A program made the position numbers and the translations under genes. A stretch of 64,000 nucleotides of DNA from Octopus sinensis (lineage: Eukaryota), in contig NC_043014.1 of NCBI RefSeq assembly GCF_006345805.1, forward strand, positions 54,250,001-54,314,000, read 5' to 3'. The first letter of the stretch is position 1, and each line of letters starts with the position of its first letter. The notes beneath the pieces were generated by a model. That model had not been told where the DNA came from, searched no databases, and was given only the letters and a program-made list of their open reading frames with translations. This document shows positions 14,178 to 26,752 of the stretch, piece by piece.

Positions 14178-15087
14178 TTGCCTGTTTAAATTGCACTTTT
14201 CAAAAATTCTTTTTTTTTAATGTAAAAAGATTCAGAAAATAAAAGACCATTTAAATAGGAAACAAGATAAAACAAAACATTTGTAAAATAGAAAGTTCTC
14301 CACTGAGGGCAAAACACTAAACTTGGCAATAGTATTTCAACCAATTTATAAACGGCAGAAGATCCTCTTCCAGCATCCAACTACAAGACTCTGCTGGTCT
14401 TTTTCCTTATAAGACAAGAATTAGATTTTCTCTCCAGAATTTATGAATTCCTTTTTTTTTTTTTTTTTTTTTTGATAGACTAAAATACCGAATTAATTAG
14501 GTTCCTTCACCAACCTACAACACACAACAACACACACACAAAGAGCCCCTACATGGCTAAGTGACCCACTAGAAATATCAGCCAAATCTGCCTGAAATTA
14601 CAGTTTTATTATCTTGCAAAGAGAAGGTTGCATTGAAACAGTAGTCATAGATGTGCAGCACAAGAGAGACAGGATAGCCATGCCTGGAATGCTTTTGATC
14701 ATAGTTCTACTCCACTAGGGTTGACCAGGGGTTAAACAACAACACACAAACACACATAAACACCGATATATAAAGGCAAACACACACACACACACACCAT
14801 CATCATCATCATCATCATTACATTGTGTATTTGCAGTTCTTAGATTAAGTTTTAATTTACATAATTACAAAAACAATTAAAAAAAACCCTATTTAACTTT
14901 AGTTTTAATTAATTAACGATGTCAGGTCATTCCCTGGTTTGTTTCTTTGCTTCGTTTTACAATTCTCTCCATTAAACATGGCCAGGGATTGGTTTCAACA
15001 AAAACCAGAAAACTTCATTTAAATATTGCTGTATATATATTTTTGTTTTTTTTGGTTGTGTTCTTTTTTTCCTATTTAATTTCACAT

Positions 15088-15499
15088 AGACACCGGTGTG
15101 GCTCTGTGGTAAGAAGCTTGCTTCTCAACCACACAGTTCCAGGTTCAGTCTCACAGCACAGCACCTTGGGCAAGTGCCTTCTGCTCTGACCCCAAACCAG
15201 CCAAAGCTTTTTGAGTGGATTTGATAGATGGAAACTGAAAGAAGCCTGCTACACACACACACACACACACATACACATATATACACATTTTATATATATG
15301 TACACACGCACACATTTATTTGTGTTTGTGTCTCACCACCACTTGGCAACCAGTGTTGGTGCATTTATGTCCCTGTAACTTAGAGGTTCAACAAAAGAGA
15401 TCAAGAAAATAAGTATCAGGCTTAAGAAAAAAAAACAAAGTCATGGGGTCAATTTGACTAAAAAACTTTCAAGATAGTGCCCCGGCAACAGTCTAATGA
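15088..15499 (+). mobile_element. Decayed SINE family B
   Basis: GTGGCTCTGTGGTAAGAAGCTTGC head, CACCTTGGGCAAGTG core, (CA)n, AAGAAAATAAGTATCAGGCTTAAG tail. Confidence 0.8.
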
Positions 15500-16348
15500 T
15501 GCTCATTCTAATGTCTAACTACCCCTTTGCAGCTCCACCTGGTCATTCTCACCCTTTCTTGTAAATGTGAAGAACCATGCAGCTTCTGTAGAATGAGAAA
15601 CCAGTTCAACCCACTTCTCTCCAATTCTAACTCCTCGGCTAGCACAAGGCCATCTCTTTCAGGGTTTGTAGGATTGCAAGCTGCATAGCAACCTCACTAG
15701 TGTGCTGGTGGCACAGTAAAAGCACCCCACCGGTCCATGCTGTAGAGTGGTTGGCATTAGGAAGGGCATCCAGCCGTAGAAACCATGCCAAAGCAGACAC
15801 TGGAGCACAATGCAGTGTTTGTGGCTGAGGGATCCTGACAAAACCTGGAACACGGATATTAAATGATGATCACACACGTCCATACACAAGGGGCTTCTTT
15901 CAGTCTCAAGACATTGGTCGACCCAGCAGAAGACACTTGACCAAGATGCCAAACAGTCTCAAACAAAAACGGACACACTGACACACTGATAATGGAATTT
16001 TAGATATATTATGGCTAGGAAAAGGAAATGAAGATGATATGGTCAATGCTGGAACAGCTTTGATCATGTCTGCTCAATCAAGAGAGGCCAGGGGTTAAAT
16101 AAGAAGATCATTTATCTCATGGAAACATGATCAAGTCAATTGTTAAACATTTCTAAATATTTATCCACAAAGGAAGGTTAATCTGATTGATTTGAGAAGA
16201 TATTGATTTCTTCCTTCACAGCTAAATTGGCCGACACTTTATGAATGAATAGTTTCACACAAAGCATCCTCTCTCACAGCTAAACAATCAAACACCTTAC
16301 CAAATACCAAGTTTTACAATCTATGATGGTTCCTAATGGACAGTCTAT

Positions 16349-16383
<35 letters not shown>

Positions 16384-16980
16384 AAGGCACAAGCTGCAAG
16401 GTGGCCTCAACAATGCTGGCTTCGCAAAAAAGCACCTTACACACTAAATGATTGGTAATCAATGTGAATATCAACAACACAAGACCTGAGACGAGTCTTT
16501 GGCCTTGCTGATGGCCAGGCAACCTCTATGGTGTTTGTGCCATGAAACAAAAAAAAAAGCATCCAGTTCACTGTTGAGTGGTTGATGTTAGAAAGGTTAT
16601 CCAGCATAAAACCCATGGCAAAAAAAAAACAAACATTGGAGCAAGACTTAGACTTCTGACACTGAATCCTGTTCAAGCATCCAAGCTATGCTAGTTTGCT
16701 CAAGGCCTATAACCATTTGGTCAATACACACACATACACACAACTAACTACAAGTACAGGGTGTGTAACTTATTTGAGGACAGATTTATGTTTATAAAAA
16801 ACAACAAAAACAAACATAACTTTATCAAAAAATGCTATGAAGATAAAAAATAAACCATTTCTTTAATGTTATTCAACATTCTCAACAACACTCTGCATGT
16901 AATAGACCAATGAATTGGGATCTGGGGAATTAGAAAGCCAAATGTTAGGGGTTATGTGATCACGAAAATATATATATATT

Positions 16981-17459
16981 CTTTTACTTGTTTCAGTCAA
17001 TTGACTGTGGCCATTATCCAGTGTATTTCTCCATTTTAAAAACGACAATTCAAAGGGATATAGCTATCATTTCTAGCATGTTGAATAACCTGCCTTGCTG
17101 GAGCACTGCCTTTAGTCGAGCAAATCGACCCCAGGACTTATTCTTTGTAAGCCTAGTACTTATTTTATCGGTCTCTTTTGCCAAACCGCTAAGTTACGGG
17201 AACGTAAACACACCAGCATCGGTTGTCAAGCGATGTTGGGGGGGGGGGACACAAACACAGACACACACACACATATATATATATATACATACATATATAT
17301 GATGGGCTTCTTTCAGTTTCCGTCTACCAAATCCACTCACAAGGCTTTGGTTGGCCCAAGGCTATATAGAAGACACTTGCCCAAGGTGCCACGCAATGGG
17401 ACTGAACCCAGAACCATATGGTTCATAAGCAAGCTACTTACCACACAGCCACTCCTATG

Positions 17460-17460
<1 letters not shown>
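16981..17460 (-). mobile_element. SINE family B
   Basis: Reverse complement of the family B head (CCACACAGCCACTCC), core (CACTTGCCCAAGGTGCCAC) and tail (CTTGTTTCAGTCAATTGACTG). Confidence 0.85.
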
Positions 17461-17495
<35 letters not shown>

Positions 17496-17987
17496 CACAT
17501 GCACAAGTGTCTGCATAGTCTGCGTCTATCAAATTCCATTCACAAGGTCATAGGTGTACTGAAGTCTAAAGCAGCAGATATTTGCCCAAGGTGTCAACCA
17601 TACCAGTTGGTGCGTGGCACGTGTGTGTGTGTGTGTGTGCATAAACACATACAGATATCCATATACCCACACATGCCATCATATAACAACAAAAACAAAC
17701 ATACACACCTTCACACTCAACCACAGAAGACCAACAACAAACCTCGATGACAGACGTTATTCAGGTCACAAACTATTTTAAATAACCGCAGAAAACCCGA
17801 AAACCACTTAACACACACATACAAACAAAAAAGCAAAACAAAACCCCCTCCCCTGCCTCTTTTTAAACTCTTTAAATACCATAACGAGCTTTTGGTTCAT
17901 TTAATATATTCACTGAAAAACTTTAAAGAAAAACAACCCAACATTGCAATGAAAATCAAGATAGAAGAAAAATGTGTCTTCCTTTAC

Positions 17988-18096
17988 CGGCTGCCACCAC
18001 CTCATAGCACGATGGCACTAATTTCACAAAATTAAACCTTGCTACCCAAATACTCAACAGAACACCTGCTGTGGATCTAAACAGCGAAACTATCAG
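17988..18096 (-). other. Candidate 109-nt exon (5' UTR or uORF-bearing) of a leftward gene
   Basis: Acceptor ATTTTATTTCCAG|CTGATA (AG at 18098-18097) and donor GCCG|GTAAAG (17987), in non-repetitive sequence. Contains ATG AGG TGG TGG CAG CCG at its 3' end. Confidence 0.35.
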
Positions 18097-19375
18097 CTGG
18101 AAATAAAATTTATTAATCCATTTAGCCATTTCTTCACTGAACCAAATGTAGGTCAGTTGAGTTTGTAGAAACAGCGGGACATGAGATTAAATACAGTTAA
18201 TTTAGGAGGTCATCATAATTAAGATAGGAAAATAATTTAAATATTTTAATACTAGAAAAGCTTTAGCTAAAATAATAAACTGCATAAAAATGTAAACATT
18301 CTTTCTGTGTTGGGAAAAAAGAGGTGGAGCAAGTCTCTGGATAGACTTTTTGCAATTTGCTTATTGTTCCACACTGAAGATGTATCTGTCACCAGTTAAC
18401 AGCACAGAGCATTCAGCTAATATATAAAGCAGTCAGCAATGAAGCTATCACTGTAGTGGATATCTTAATTTGCATATTTGTGCTTTAGAAAGCTTGCTGT
18501 TAACTAATATACATTTCATGCACAACACAGTGTAAATGTGAAATATTGAAATAAACTTATTTCAAAGCCTTGCTATGATAATGAGCTATATCTCACTAAT
18601 TTAATTAATAATACTTACAAGGAAAAAAAAATCAGTAAAATGAATATTTAAATCTGATTTTGGCACATAAGGGCAACAACTCTGAACATTTCAGTCTTAT
18701 TATACCTCTTCAGTGGAATAGACTTCTCTACTTGTCAGATTCACGAGAGATAATTATTTAGATGTATGATAACATATTTAGGTCTCAAAAATTATCAGAC
18801 ACTCCATTCACACAAGTCAAAGCCATTACACATAATGTAGTGGGGGGGGGGTCTAATTAATAATCCTTACGTGTGGTGGGGGAGAAGAAAACATTGCTCA
18901 AGGACTGATATTTTAATTCTTTTGATGCCAACCCATATCTACGACACAAATTTCCTGTCATAAAGTCATGTAAATTAGAACCCGTCAAAATTTCATGCTA
19001 ATTTGAGCTAGTTTAACCATCAACTCAATAATTAATTATGCTAAGCGGGGGCCAATTTGTTCAATGTATTTGGACCAAGATTTCTAGTTTGAGAAGAACC
19101 CCATGTTTAGACAAGCAGCTTCCCACTCCATCTATTGTTGTGCAATGACTGATGGCAAAGGTAGAAGGGACTCCCTTACAGGAGCAGGGAGGCATGCTGT
19201 CCCCATAAATAGCATTCTTTGTATTTATCCTATTTGCTGACAGTTTCCCTGTCACCCACTCCCTTCCAACTGGACCTTTAACAAGGTTTGAAGAATTGGT
19301 TAGCATTAATCCCAAGAGTCTTAATGTCTTCTTCCTCTGCTTCCAACCAATCTCAAGAATACAGCAAAATCTCAC

Positions 19376-19612
19376 CAGTGTTGCCCCCCCCCCAATCCAA
19401 TTGGCAAGGACCAGCAGGAATCTGTGTAGCGTGTATTTTTATCAGAGATCAGCACATTTTCTTTACTTTACTCCAAACTTAACTCTGAAATGGAGGTGAA
19501 CTTAATGCCTAAAATTCCAGCAAAACTAACGAGGAAGCAGAAAATAACGAACCAAACTTAAAGGTTACACACGATGGGTAAAGGGGGGGGAGAGGAAAGA
19601 GTGTGGTGTATC
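19376..19612 (-). other. Weak candidate non-coding exon
   Basis: Long pyrimidine tract ending TTTGCAAG|GATAC and donor ACTG|GTGAGA (19375). An AAG acceptor is atypical. Confidence 0.2.
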
Positions 19613-20530
19613 CTTGCAAAGAAGAAAAATACAAAAAAGAAGAAAAAAAAAGTAAGATTTATTTAGTTACCAGAGCAAAATATCAAGAGTCAGTGAGAAC
19701 AGGATAAATTTACCTCAGCATTCTGTTCATGTTCGGTGGAGGGGGGGGGGGGCAAGGGAGGGCAGGTGAAGAACCATCTTCTATGTTTCAAATTACACAA
19801 ATAGTATTTGGTTCCATGTGAATAGGGAAATTATACCTCCACACCTTGTATCAGGTTGGTGATGACACACCCGAAACACGTGTTGTTGGGTCAAAGGGCA
19901 ACACCACCACCACCACCATCACCTGATAAACAACAGTTCCATATCATTTACATTCAAACTGATCGACAGCAGTATCAAATTTTTTAAAAAAATAAAGGAA
20001 AATGACAAAAAATATCTTCATCAAAGAAGGACCCCCTTCTATGGCTTCCAGACACAAAAATTGTGCTTTCCTGTTCATCATCTTTGAAGCGTCCATCTTC
20101 CACTCTGGCAGAAGTCGGAGGCTGGACAGGATCCAACAGGTCCAAAGACTGCAACTCTGCTCCAATGTCTGCTTTGGTGTAGTTTCTAGAATTTCATGCC
20201 TTCCTTCCCTTACACCAACCATTTTACAGATTGTACTAAACGTTTTGTTGGCACCAACTGTTTCTCTTCAAGTGAAAATCTTCCGTCACCATAATACATG
20301 AGATCCTTATGTTAAAGTTGTTCCAAAAACCAAGTTAATAAAGGCTAAAATTTATTTTATTAAATCCTTCCAAATTCTTATTTTCAGAATTATAATTAAA
20401 AAGCAAAATATTCCATTAGAAATATGGTCCTGAGGGGCTGAAACCCATCAAACGCCATCCGCTTCTAACAATGAATTGACAATGATCTAATCTGCCCTAT
20501 TTTCAGAAACAGCATCATCATCATCATCAT

Positions 20531-21660
20531 GCCGGGTTGGGAGGTTGGGTTAGGGAAGAAGCTGGGGACCGAGGGGTCTCGTAGGTTATGAACTCGTTTG
20601 AAGGAAGGGAGGGATGGGTTACAGAAGATGTGAGAAGTGGAGGGGTCAGACTGGAGTTGCCGGAAGGCTTGGAGAACGGTGTGTTGGAGGGGTAGGGTGG
20701 TGGGGTGGTAGGTGAGGGGAAATGGGAGGCAGGAGAGTGCGGGACAGGTGTGTGTGCGGGGGGAGAGCAGATGCACGGTCCACGGAATGTGCTCTGGCAA
20801 GGGCGGCGTGGATAGTGGTGAGGAGATATCCACGTAGGATGAAGTGGCGAGCTATGAGTTGAGACTGAGTCTAAAAGTCAAGGTGGTCACTACAGAGCCT
20901 GAATAGACGGAGGAATTGGGAATAGGGGATGGAAAGCTTTGTGTATTTAGGGTAGGAGGAAGAGAAGTTGAGGTATGTGTGTTTGTAGTGGATGGAGGTG
21001 GTGAAAGTGGAGTGGTGAATGCTGACCAAAACGTCAAGAAAGGAGATAGAGGTGTCAGAGATAGCGCAGGAGAAGTGGAGGGCAGGATTGAAAGATTTGA
21101 CAAAAAGAGAGGAAGGAGTCTAGATGTTCACGGGAGAGTGAAGTCACACTGATACAGTCATCAATATAACGGCCGTATAATTCGGGAGTGGGACCAGTGA
21201 AACTTGAGGATATTTGGGTCTCAACATAGTCAACGAACAGGTTCGCATAGTTGGGGCCCATTCTCATTCCCATGGCCACTCCCGAGAACTGCTGGTAGAA
21301 ATCATCCGCGAACGAGAAGCAGTTGAGTGAGAGGACAAGTTCGGCCAGATGAACGAGTGTGGATGTTTCAGGTTGGGGATTGGGTTGAAGGTCAAGCAAA
21401 TGTTGGAGTGCATGCAGACCCTCGTGGTGAGGGATCACCATGTAAAGGCTCTGGATGTCGAGAGTGAAGAGAAGTTTAGAGGGCCAGGAGGGAAGGAAAA
21501 AGAGTTGAACAAATGAAGTACATGATTGTTCGGTGGGGCAGTTGCAGGCGGAGACGATGGAGCGGCCAGGGTTGTTAGGTTTGTGGATTTTGGGGAGGAA
21601 GAAAATGGTAGGGGTGCGGACAATGAGGTTGAAGGTGGTGGTGGGGAGACTGGAGGAGGA
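20531..21660 (-). mobile_element. Penelope-like element (Neptune/Poseidon-type) reverse transcriptase, decayed and truncated
   Basis: Minus-strand translation gives LPKIHKPNNPGRSIVSACNCPTE, LFTLDIQSLY, GVAMGMRMGPNYANLF, YGRYIDDC, SISFLDV and SIPYSQFLRL. These are PLE RT and thumb motifs, interrupted by frameshifts and stops. The GIY-YIG domain is absent. Confidence 0.9.
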
Positions 21661-21683
21661 GCTTCTTTCACTTTCCGTCTACC

Positions 21684-22270
21684 CAGGACTGTTGCTAAGC
21701 CCCTGCAAATCCTGTGGTTGCAGGGGGGCACCCGCAGTTGAGGGACTCCTTGTTAAGATCAAAGTACATAGATGAGTCAGCTATTTATTTTGGTTAAGAT
21801 GTTGAACAAGAATTAAACAATGTTAACTGAAAATTTCTAGAAATAAAATGATAATACATTGTACCTGCAAAAATTCTTGTAAAAATATTGCAGTGTACCA
21901 CAAATGTGTAGCAGACTTTGTGGATTGTCTATGATATCTATTGAACATGAACTTAGCTCTCAGCTTGATTATTCTGAACTGATCAATGATTTCACTAAGC
22001 GGCAAGTGTGCTGTGTTTGTCTTTGAAAGTTGCCTGGATTATAAAAGTGTTCTTTTATTTATATCTGGAAGTTTTACTTATTGAAATTTGTAATAGACCT
22101 AAATAAATTTAACATGTTCTTTAGGATAATGTGAAATATTGAACTTCAGATAGAATAAAGTAAAATATAGCTATGAATAAAAGCTGCATAAATTATGGAT
22201 TTTGTTTGAAAGAAAGGGTCCCTGAAACAAAAAGTTGCAAGGGACCTCTAAAAGTCACGTGACGGAGCTG
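21684..22270 (+). mobile_element. hAT non-autonomous deletion derivative carrying a transposase C-terminal (dimerisation) fragment
   Basis: Perfect 8-bp TSD CGTCTACC at 21676-21683 and 22271-22278, with CAG...CTG termini. 21904-22005 reads MCSRLCGLSMISIEHELSSQLDYSELINDFTKRQ, like the hAT motif M.Q.RL..L...SIE.EL...LD...I..F...K.R. It splits a family B SINE. Confidence 0.75.
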
Positions 22271-22375
22271 CGTCTACCAAATACATTCACAAGTCTTTGG
22301 ACAGTACAGGCTAAAGTAGAAGACACCTGCCCAAGGTGCTGTGTATTGGGACTGAGCCTGAAACCTTATGGCTGG
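22271..22375 (-). mobile_element. Family B SINE (second half, split by the hAT insertion; first part at 21661-21683)
   Basis: GCTTCTTTCACTTTCCGTCTACC | CGTCTACCAAATACATTCACAAG...AGAAGACACCTGCCCAAGGTGC rejoin into the family B core. Confidence 0.75.
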
Positions 22376-22925
22376 TTCCTAATTTTCCTGGCACATTTGC
22401 TTTCCCTGGTTCCAAGAAGCCGCCTGGCAAACACAATGTATGCGAGAGAGGAGAAAGCACTCCAAGTAAACCCAACAAAGGAAACCAGCTATTGAACCTG
22501 ACAGCCGTAATAAGGCCATTAAGGACACGAAGGAAAGCTACCGGACCAAACGGAGAATTGACGAGATGCTAAAAATATCCAGTAAAACAGGCCACGCACT
22601 CATTACTTGCATAGACAATTAGGAAGGGGTCATTCCTAATAACCGGGATAGTAACATTATTTCATCAACTGATAGAAGGTTAAATATATGAAAGCTTTAT
22701 AACGAGCAATTTTCACTCCACCATTTCCTTCCTGCCAGTTTTATCTACGGCAAATGTTTTTATTTCTCGCTCAGCTCTGTGAATGTCCTGACGACCTTAT
22801 TTCAGGCGGACTTTCTTTTAAACGCTTATCTAATAGTTTCATTTTATTTTCCTCTCTAATCTCTTATTCTTAATGCCGAACAAACTCATTTACTTGTAAT
22901 ACTTCGTCCTACCTGTTTCATATTA

Positions 22926-23290
22926 ATTATCGAAGTCGGATGTAGAGGGTTTGTTGGACACAGCGTGAGACGACTGTTGTTATCGTTAGGCCTAACTCAT
23001 CGTAAAGTCAATACCACCATGACTGATATCCAATCTACAGTGGAGAAGGCTAGCCACTGGATTTGGTTAAAAAGAGACGATGAGCGATGGCTAGAAGTAT
23101 ATTGAGTTTAACTTCATAACCAGCTGATCTAGCAAGCGGGGCCTCATATCAGTGAGAGGGGCCGGTGCGCATTGATGCCGTCGAGAGGTAGGCCCCGAAA
23201 CGGCGCGCATTCTCTCCTGATGACCCCATACACTTGCTGGCTTCCGGTATACGGAGCTTTTAACTGGTAGCACTTGCATGTGCAAGTTGT
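22926..23290 (+). mobile_element. 5'-truncated HERO-type (RLE-bearing) non-LTR retrotransposon: C-terminus and 3' UTR
   Basis: 22926-23105 reads IIEVGCRGFVGHSVRRLLLSLGLTHRKVNTTMTDIQSTVEKASHWIWLKRDDERWLEVY*. This matches the PIEVGCRGF...AEKAS.W.W.KR end of HERO-clade ORFs. A GC-rich structured UTR and (TA)n follow. Confidence 0.8.
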
Positions 23291-24491
23291 TTGCAAGACA
23301 TTTATATATATATATATATATGTATATATATACATATTATATATATACATCGTGTTGTAGGACCACACAACTGGGGAAATAATGAAAAAGGAGGTTGCGT
23401 ATAAAACTGGCAGGAAATAGAGGAGTGAATTCGTTTGTAATAAAGATTTCATACATTAGTAGACATAATGAGAAAATTTGTAGACGGAAATTAATTAAGC
23501 GAGTGAAACAAATGTTGAGAGAGAGAGAGAGAGAGGGGGGATATATAGAGAGATTAACAGCAAGTAGAAGATACAAATGCTTGGCAAAATTAGGTTTCAC
23601 TTTTGAGGGGCACTGGAAATAAAAAAGGAAGATCCCAGTTCACAAATAGAGAGAGAGGAAAATATATATGACACAAATAACAGCCAGACACAAACATAAA
23701 GTGACACACACACATACACACACACACGTGTGTGTGTGTATGCAATTATGATTAATATTTCTTTATCTACGAAAGTTTCTGATGTAACTCTGACAGATTT
23801 GGAACAGGTCGCCGGCGCACATTGTTAACAAATAGTTTTTGTCATCGCCTTTCCCCCCCCCCGTCTCACTCTCTCTCTCTCTCTTTCTCGCTCTCCCCCC
23901 TCTCCCTCTTCCAGCTGAAAACTCGTTTCACTCCTCAAACTGTCCCCCTCCTCCCCTTCGCCTCCTACCTCAAACACCGACATTTCAGAAAACCAGTGAA
24001 AACAAAACAAAACAGCTGAACACACGTTCAACCAAAGTAGGCCGGAGTCGTCGCTAACCTGATTTCCACCACCGCCGCCGCCACCGCCGAATGTTTTCCT
24101 TCCTTTAAAAGTGTGAAGTCATTTGGAATGCTGCCGAAATCAAACATTTTCACACTCAATGGAGAGCACTGTACTACAACAGCAACAACAACACCAACAA
24201 TAGCAACAATAGCAACTGCTATACTACCAGACACTTAGGCTGAAATATTCGGGGAAGAACCATGATCAGTTAAAATGGACCCAGTACATAACTGGTATTT
24301 TATTTTATCGACTCGATCAAGGAAGAAAGATAGAGACGTTAACTACGGCGAGATTTCAGCCCCATAATTTAATACGGCAAAGCATTCTACCCGGAATAAA
24401 ACCCTTCTGTCGGTGCTGCAATGACCAACCACCCGCTTCTGGATTCCGGGTGTTACGCAAACGTTTCAAATTACTACTTTTACCGATGATA

Positions 24492-24701
24492 TTCTGTCTA
24501 CTCTAGGCACAAACCCCGGAATTGGGGGGGGGGGCAATCGACTAGATCTACCCCAGTACGCAACTGGTACTTAATTTATCGACGCCAAAAGGATGAAAGG
24601 CAAAGTCGACCTCGGCGGAATTTGAACTCAGAACGCAGCGGCGGACGAAATACCACAAAGCATTTCGCCCGGCGTGTTAACGATTCTGCCAGCTCGCCGC
24701 C
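24492..24701 (-). mobile_element. SINE family A (further diverged copies follow at 24720-25300)
   Basis: CTGCCAGCTCGCCGCC head and GGATGAAAGGCAAAGTCGACCTCGGCGGAATTTGAACTCAG core, in reverse. Confidence 0.88.
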
Positions 24702-26464
24702 ATAACGATAATATTATTAGAATTCTTTCTAAGTTAGGTGCAAGGATATCGATTTTGAGAGGAAGGGTGGGGCAGGGGGACAAGTCGATTACATCAACCT
24801 CAGTACATGACTGGTATTTCATTCCATCGACTCCCGAAACAACGAAAGGTAAAGCTGACCTCGGTGAGATTTCAATTAGTAATGCAAAGAGCCAGAGGAA
24901 ATTCTGTAAACTATTTTGCAGACGTTCCAACGATTCTACGAGCTGAGCGCCCAGAAATGGTAATTTCTGATTCAAGCACAAGTCCAGTTTCGAGGAAGAT
25001 GGGCGAAGCTGGTTATATTGACTCCAATATTTGACCAGTACATTATTTTATCGACCTCGAAGGGACGAAAGGCAGACCTTGGTAGGGTTTAGACCCTGAA
25101 AATAAAGAGCCGAGAAATATTGGGTTTCAAATGTTGGCACAAGGCCAGCAATTTCGAGGGACGGGGGAAAATGGATTACATCGACCCCAGTGTTCAACTG
25201 GTATTTATTTTACCGACTCCGAAAGAAGGAAAGGCAAAGTTGACTCCGGCGGAATCCGAACTTAGAACGTGAAGACGGACGAAATGCCGCGAAGCATTCC
25301 CTCCACCCCACCTTTTTTTTTTTTGTACTTCGGCCCGGATAATGTTAATAAATTGACGATGGGTCAAGCAGATGCCACAAATAAGTAAAATATGAGAATT
25401 ATCTATTCAATATAACATCGGGTTATATCTTATTAAATTACACATGTATAGTTAGTATATCGTTGTTGCTAAGAGAGAAAAATGATTTTCTTGTACATAA
25501 TATATCAAATTGGGTGGTCCTATTTCCCGGGTCTCGGGAACAAAAGGGAACCGCGAGTCAGTGTACAGTCATTCGGGATTCATTAATATGGTCACACGAA
25601 AAGCTTGGAATAAGAGAGAGAAAGATCCATTCGCGAGCCAGATATGCATTATGTCCCAAAGTTTGCTCAAGGACCGGTCAAAAAGCCCTTAATGAACAAT
25701 AGGTTTGCCCGTCCCTGATTTAGCCATTCAGTGATGTAAACATCGCTATTTTTAAATCGAAAGACAGTCGAAATAATAAAGGAAGGAAAAAAAGTGAATG
25801 CTTTAAATAAACTCACCAACAAAATAAATGTCAGAGCCAAGCTAGTCGGACTGACTGTCTGTCCACTGTGAACAAGAAATAATCATTAAAACGTTGGTTG
25901 AGAGAAAGTTACCAGATATTGGGAACGATGCAAATAAGTCAGACAATGTTTTGCTGATAAAAATATCGGATTCTGTCTCGAGCTGTGTCCTGTGGTGAGG
26001 ATGAGAGAAATAGCGGAGGCGGAGAGGAGAACTGTTATTAAAAGAGAACAATCAGAGGAAACTTGTGATCGCCAGAGTCGGAAAATAGTAACAGCAACAA
26101 CAAAAAAAAAAAATGTTGAAACAATGGAATAAAATGTTATGTTGTCATGCAGACGAAGAAGAAGCCAAACGTTTCGAGGCGGCAGAAACATCCATCGAAA
26201 GACGAAAATACGAAGTGCTTTGGTAGGACAAATATAGTGGAGAGGAGAGCGGGGGGGGGGGGTAAATTATGATAATGAAGGATAAGGCATTAAGGGGGAG
26301 GGGGCAATGGAGAGATAACAAGTGGTAGGGGGAAGGGCAGCCCATAGGGTGGGGGAGTAAAATGAACTCGACCTCCAAACATTCCAGGGAGATAGATTTT
26401 GTTTAAAAGGTGGCCATTAGGAAATGTTGTGGTTTCGGGTTCGTTTCCAATGCACTGCACCTTG

Positions 26465-26660
26465 TGAGTCATCATCATCATCATCATCGCTTAATGTCCG
26501 TTCTCCATGCTGGGTTGGACCGTTTTGACAGGAACTGGCCAGCTGGGGGGGGGGGCTGTCCAGGCCCCAACTGTTTGTTGTGGCATGATCTCTACGGCCG
26601 GATGCTCTTCCTAACGCCAACCACTTTATTAGAGAAAGTGTGTTACGTAACACCGTCACC
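26465..26660 (-). mobile_element. Repeat family C with (ATG)n tail (LINE 3'-end-like SINE); other copies near 3520, 5810, 11040, 15690, 20040, 28680 and 31315
   Basis: (CAT)n-CGCTTAATGTCCGTTCTCCATGCTGGGTTGGAC...GGATGCTCTTCCTAACGCCAACCACTTT recurs across the window. Confidence 0.75.
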
Positions 26661-26710
26661 GAAACCGGAACTATGGAAGCCCATTGGGCCATTCTCTCTC
26701 TTTCTGTATG

Positions 26711-26752
<42 letters not shown>

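Larger units (their letters stand above)
22250..26400 (-). promoter_or_regulatory. CpG-rich putative promoter and alternative first-exon zone of the leftward gene
   Basis: Onset of high CpG density, CT/GA tracts at 23850-23960, and donors AATCAG|GTTAGC (24058) and GTTG|GTGAGT (25816) preceded by UTR-like unique sequence. Confidence 0.35.

Noticed and set aside
19944-20301. Protein-looking frames (e.g. DIGAELQSLDLLDPVQPP...)
   Set aside because: The sequence is a decayed family C repeat (AAAGCAGACATTGGAGC, CAACCATTTTACAG), so the open frames are incidental.
23080-23250. 7SK, U3, SRP or type II hammerhead candidate
   Set aside because: It lacks the paired GAUC of 7SK and the SRP and U3 boxes; CUGAUGA-CCCC cannot pair with CCCC-GAAA. 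It is explained as the HERO 3' UTR.
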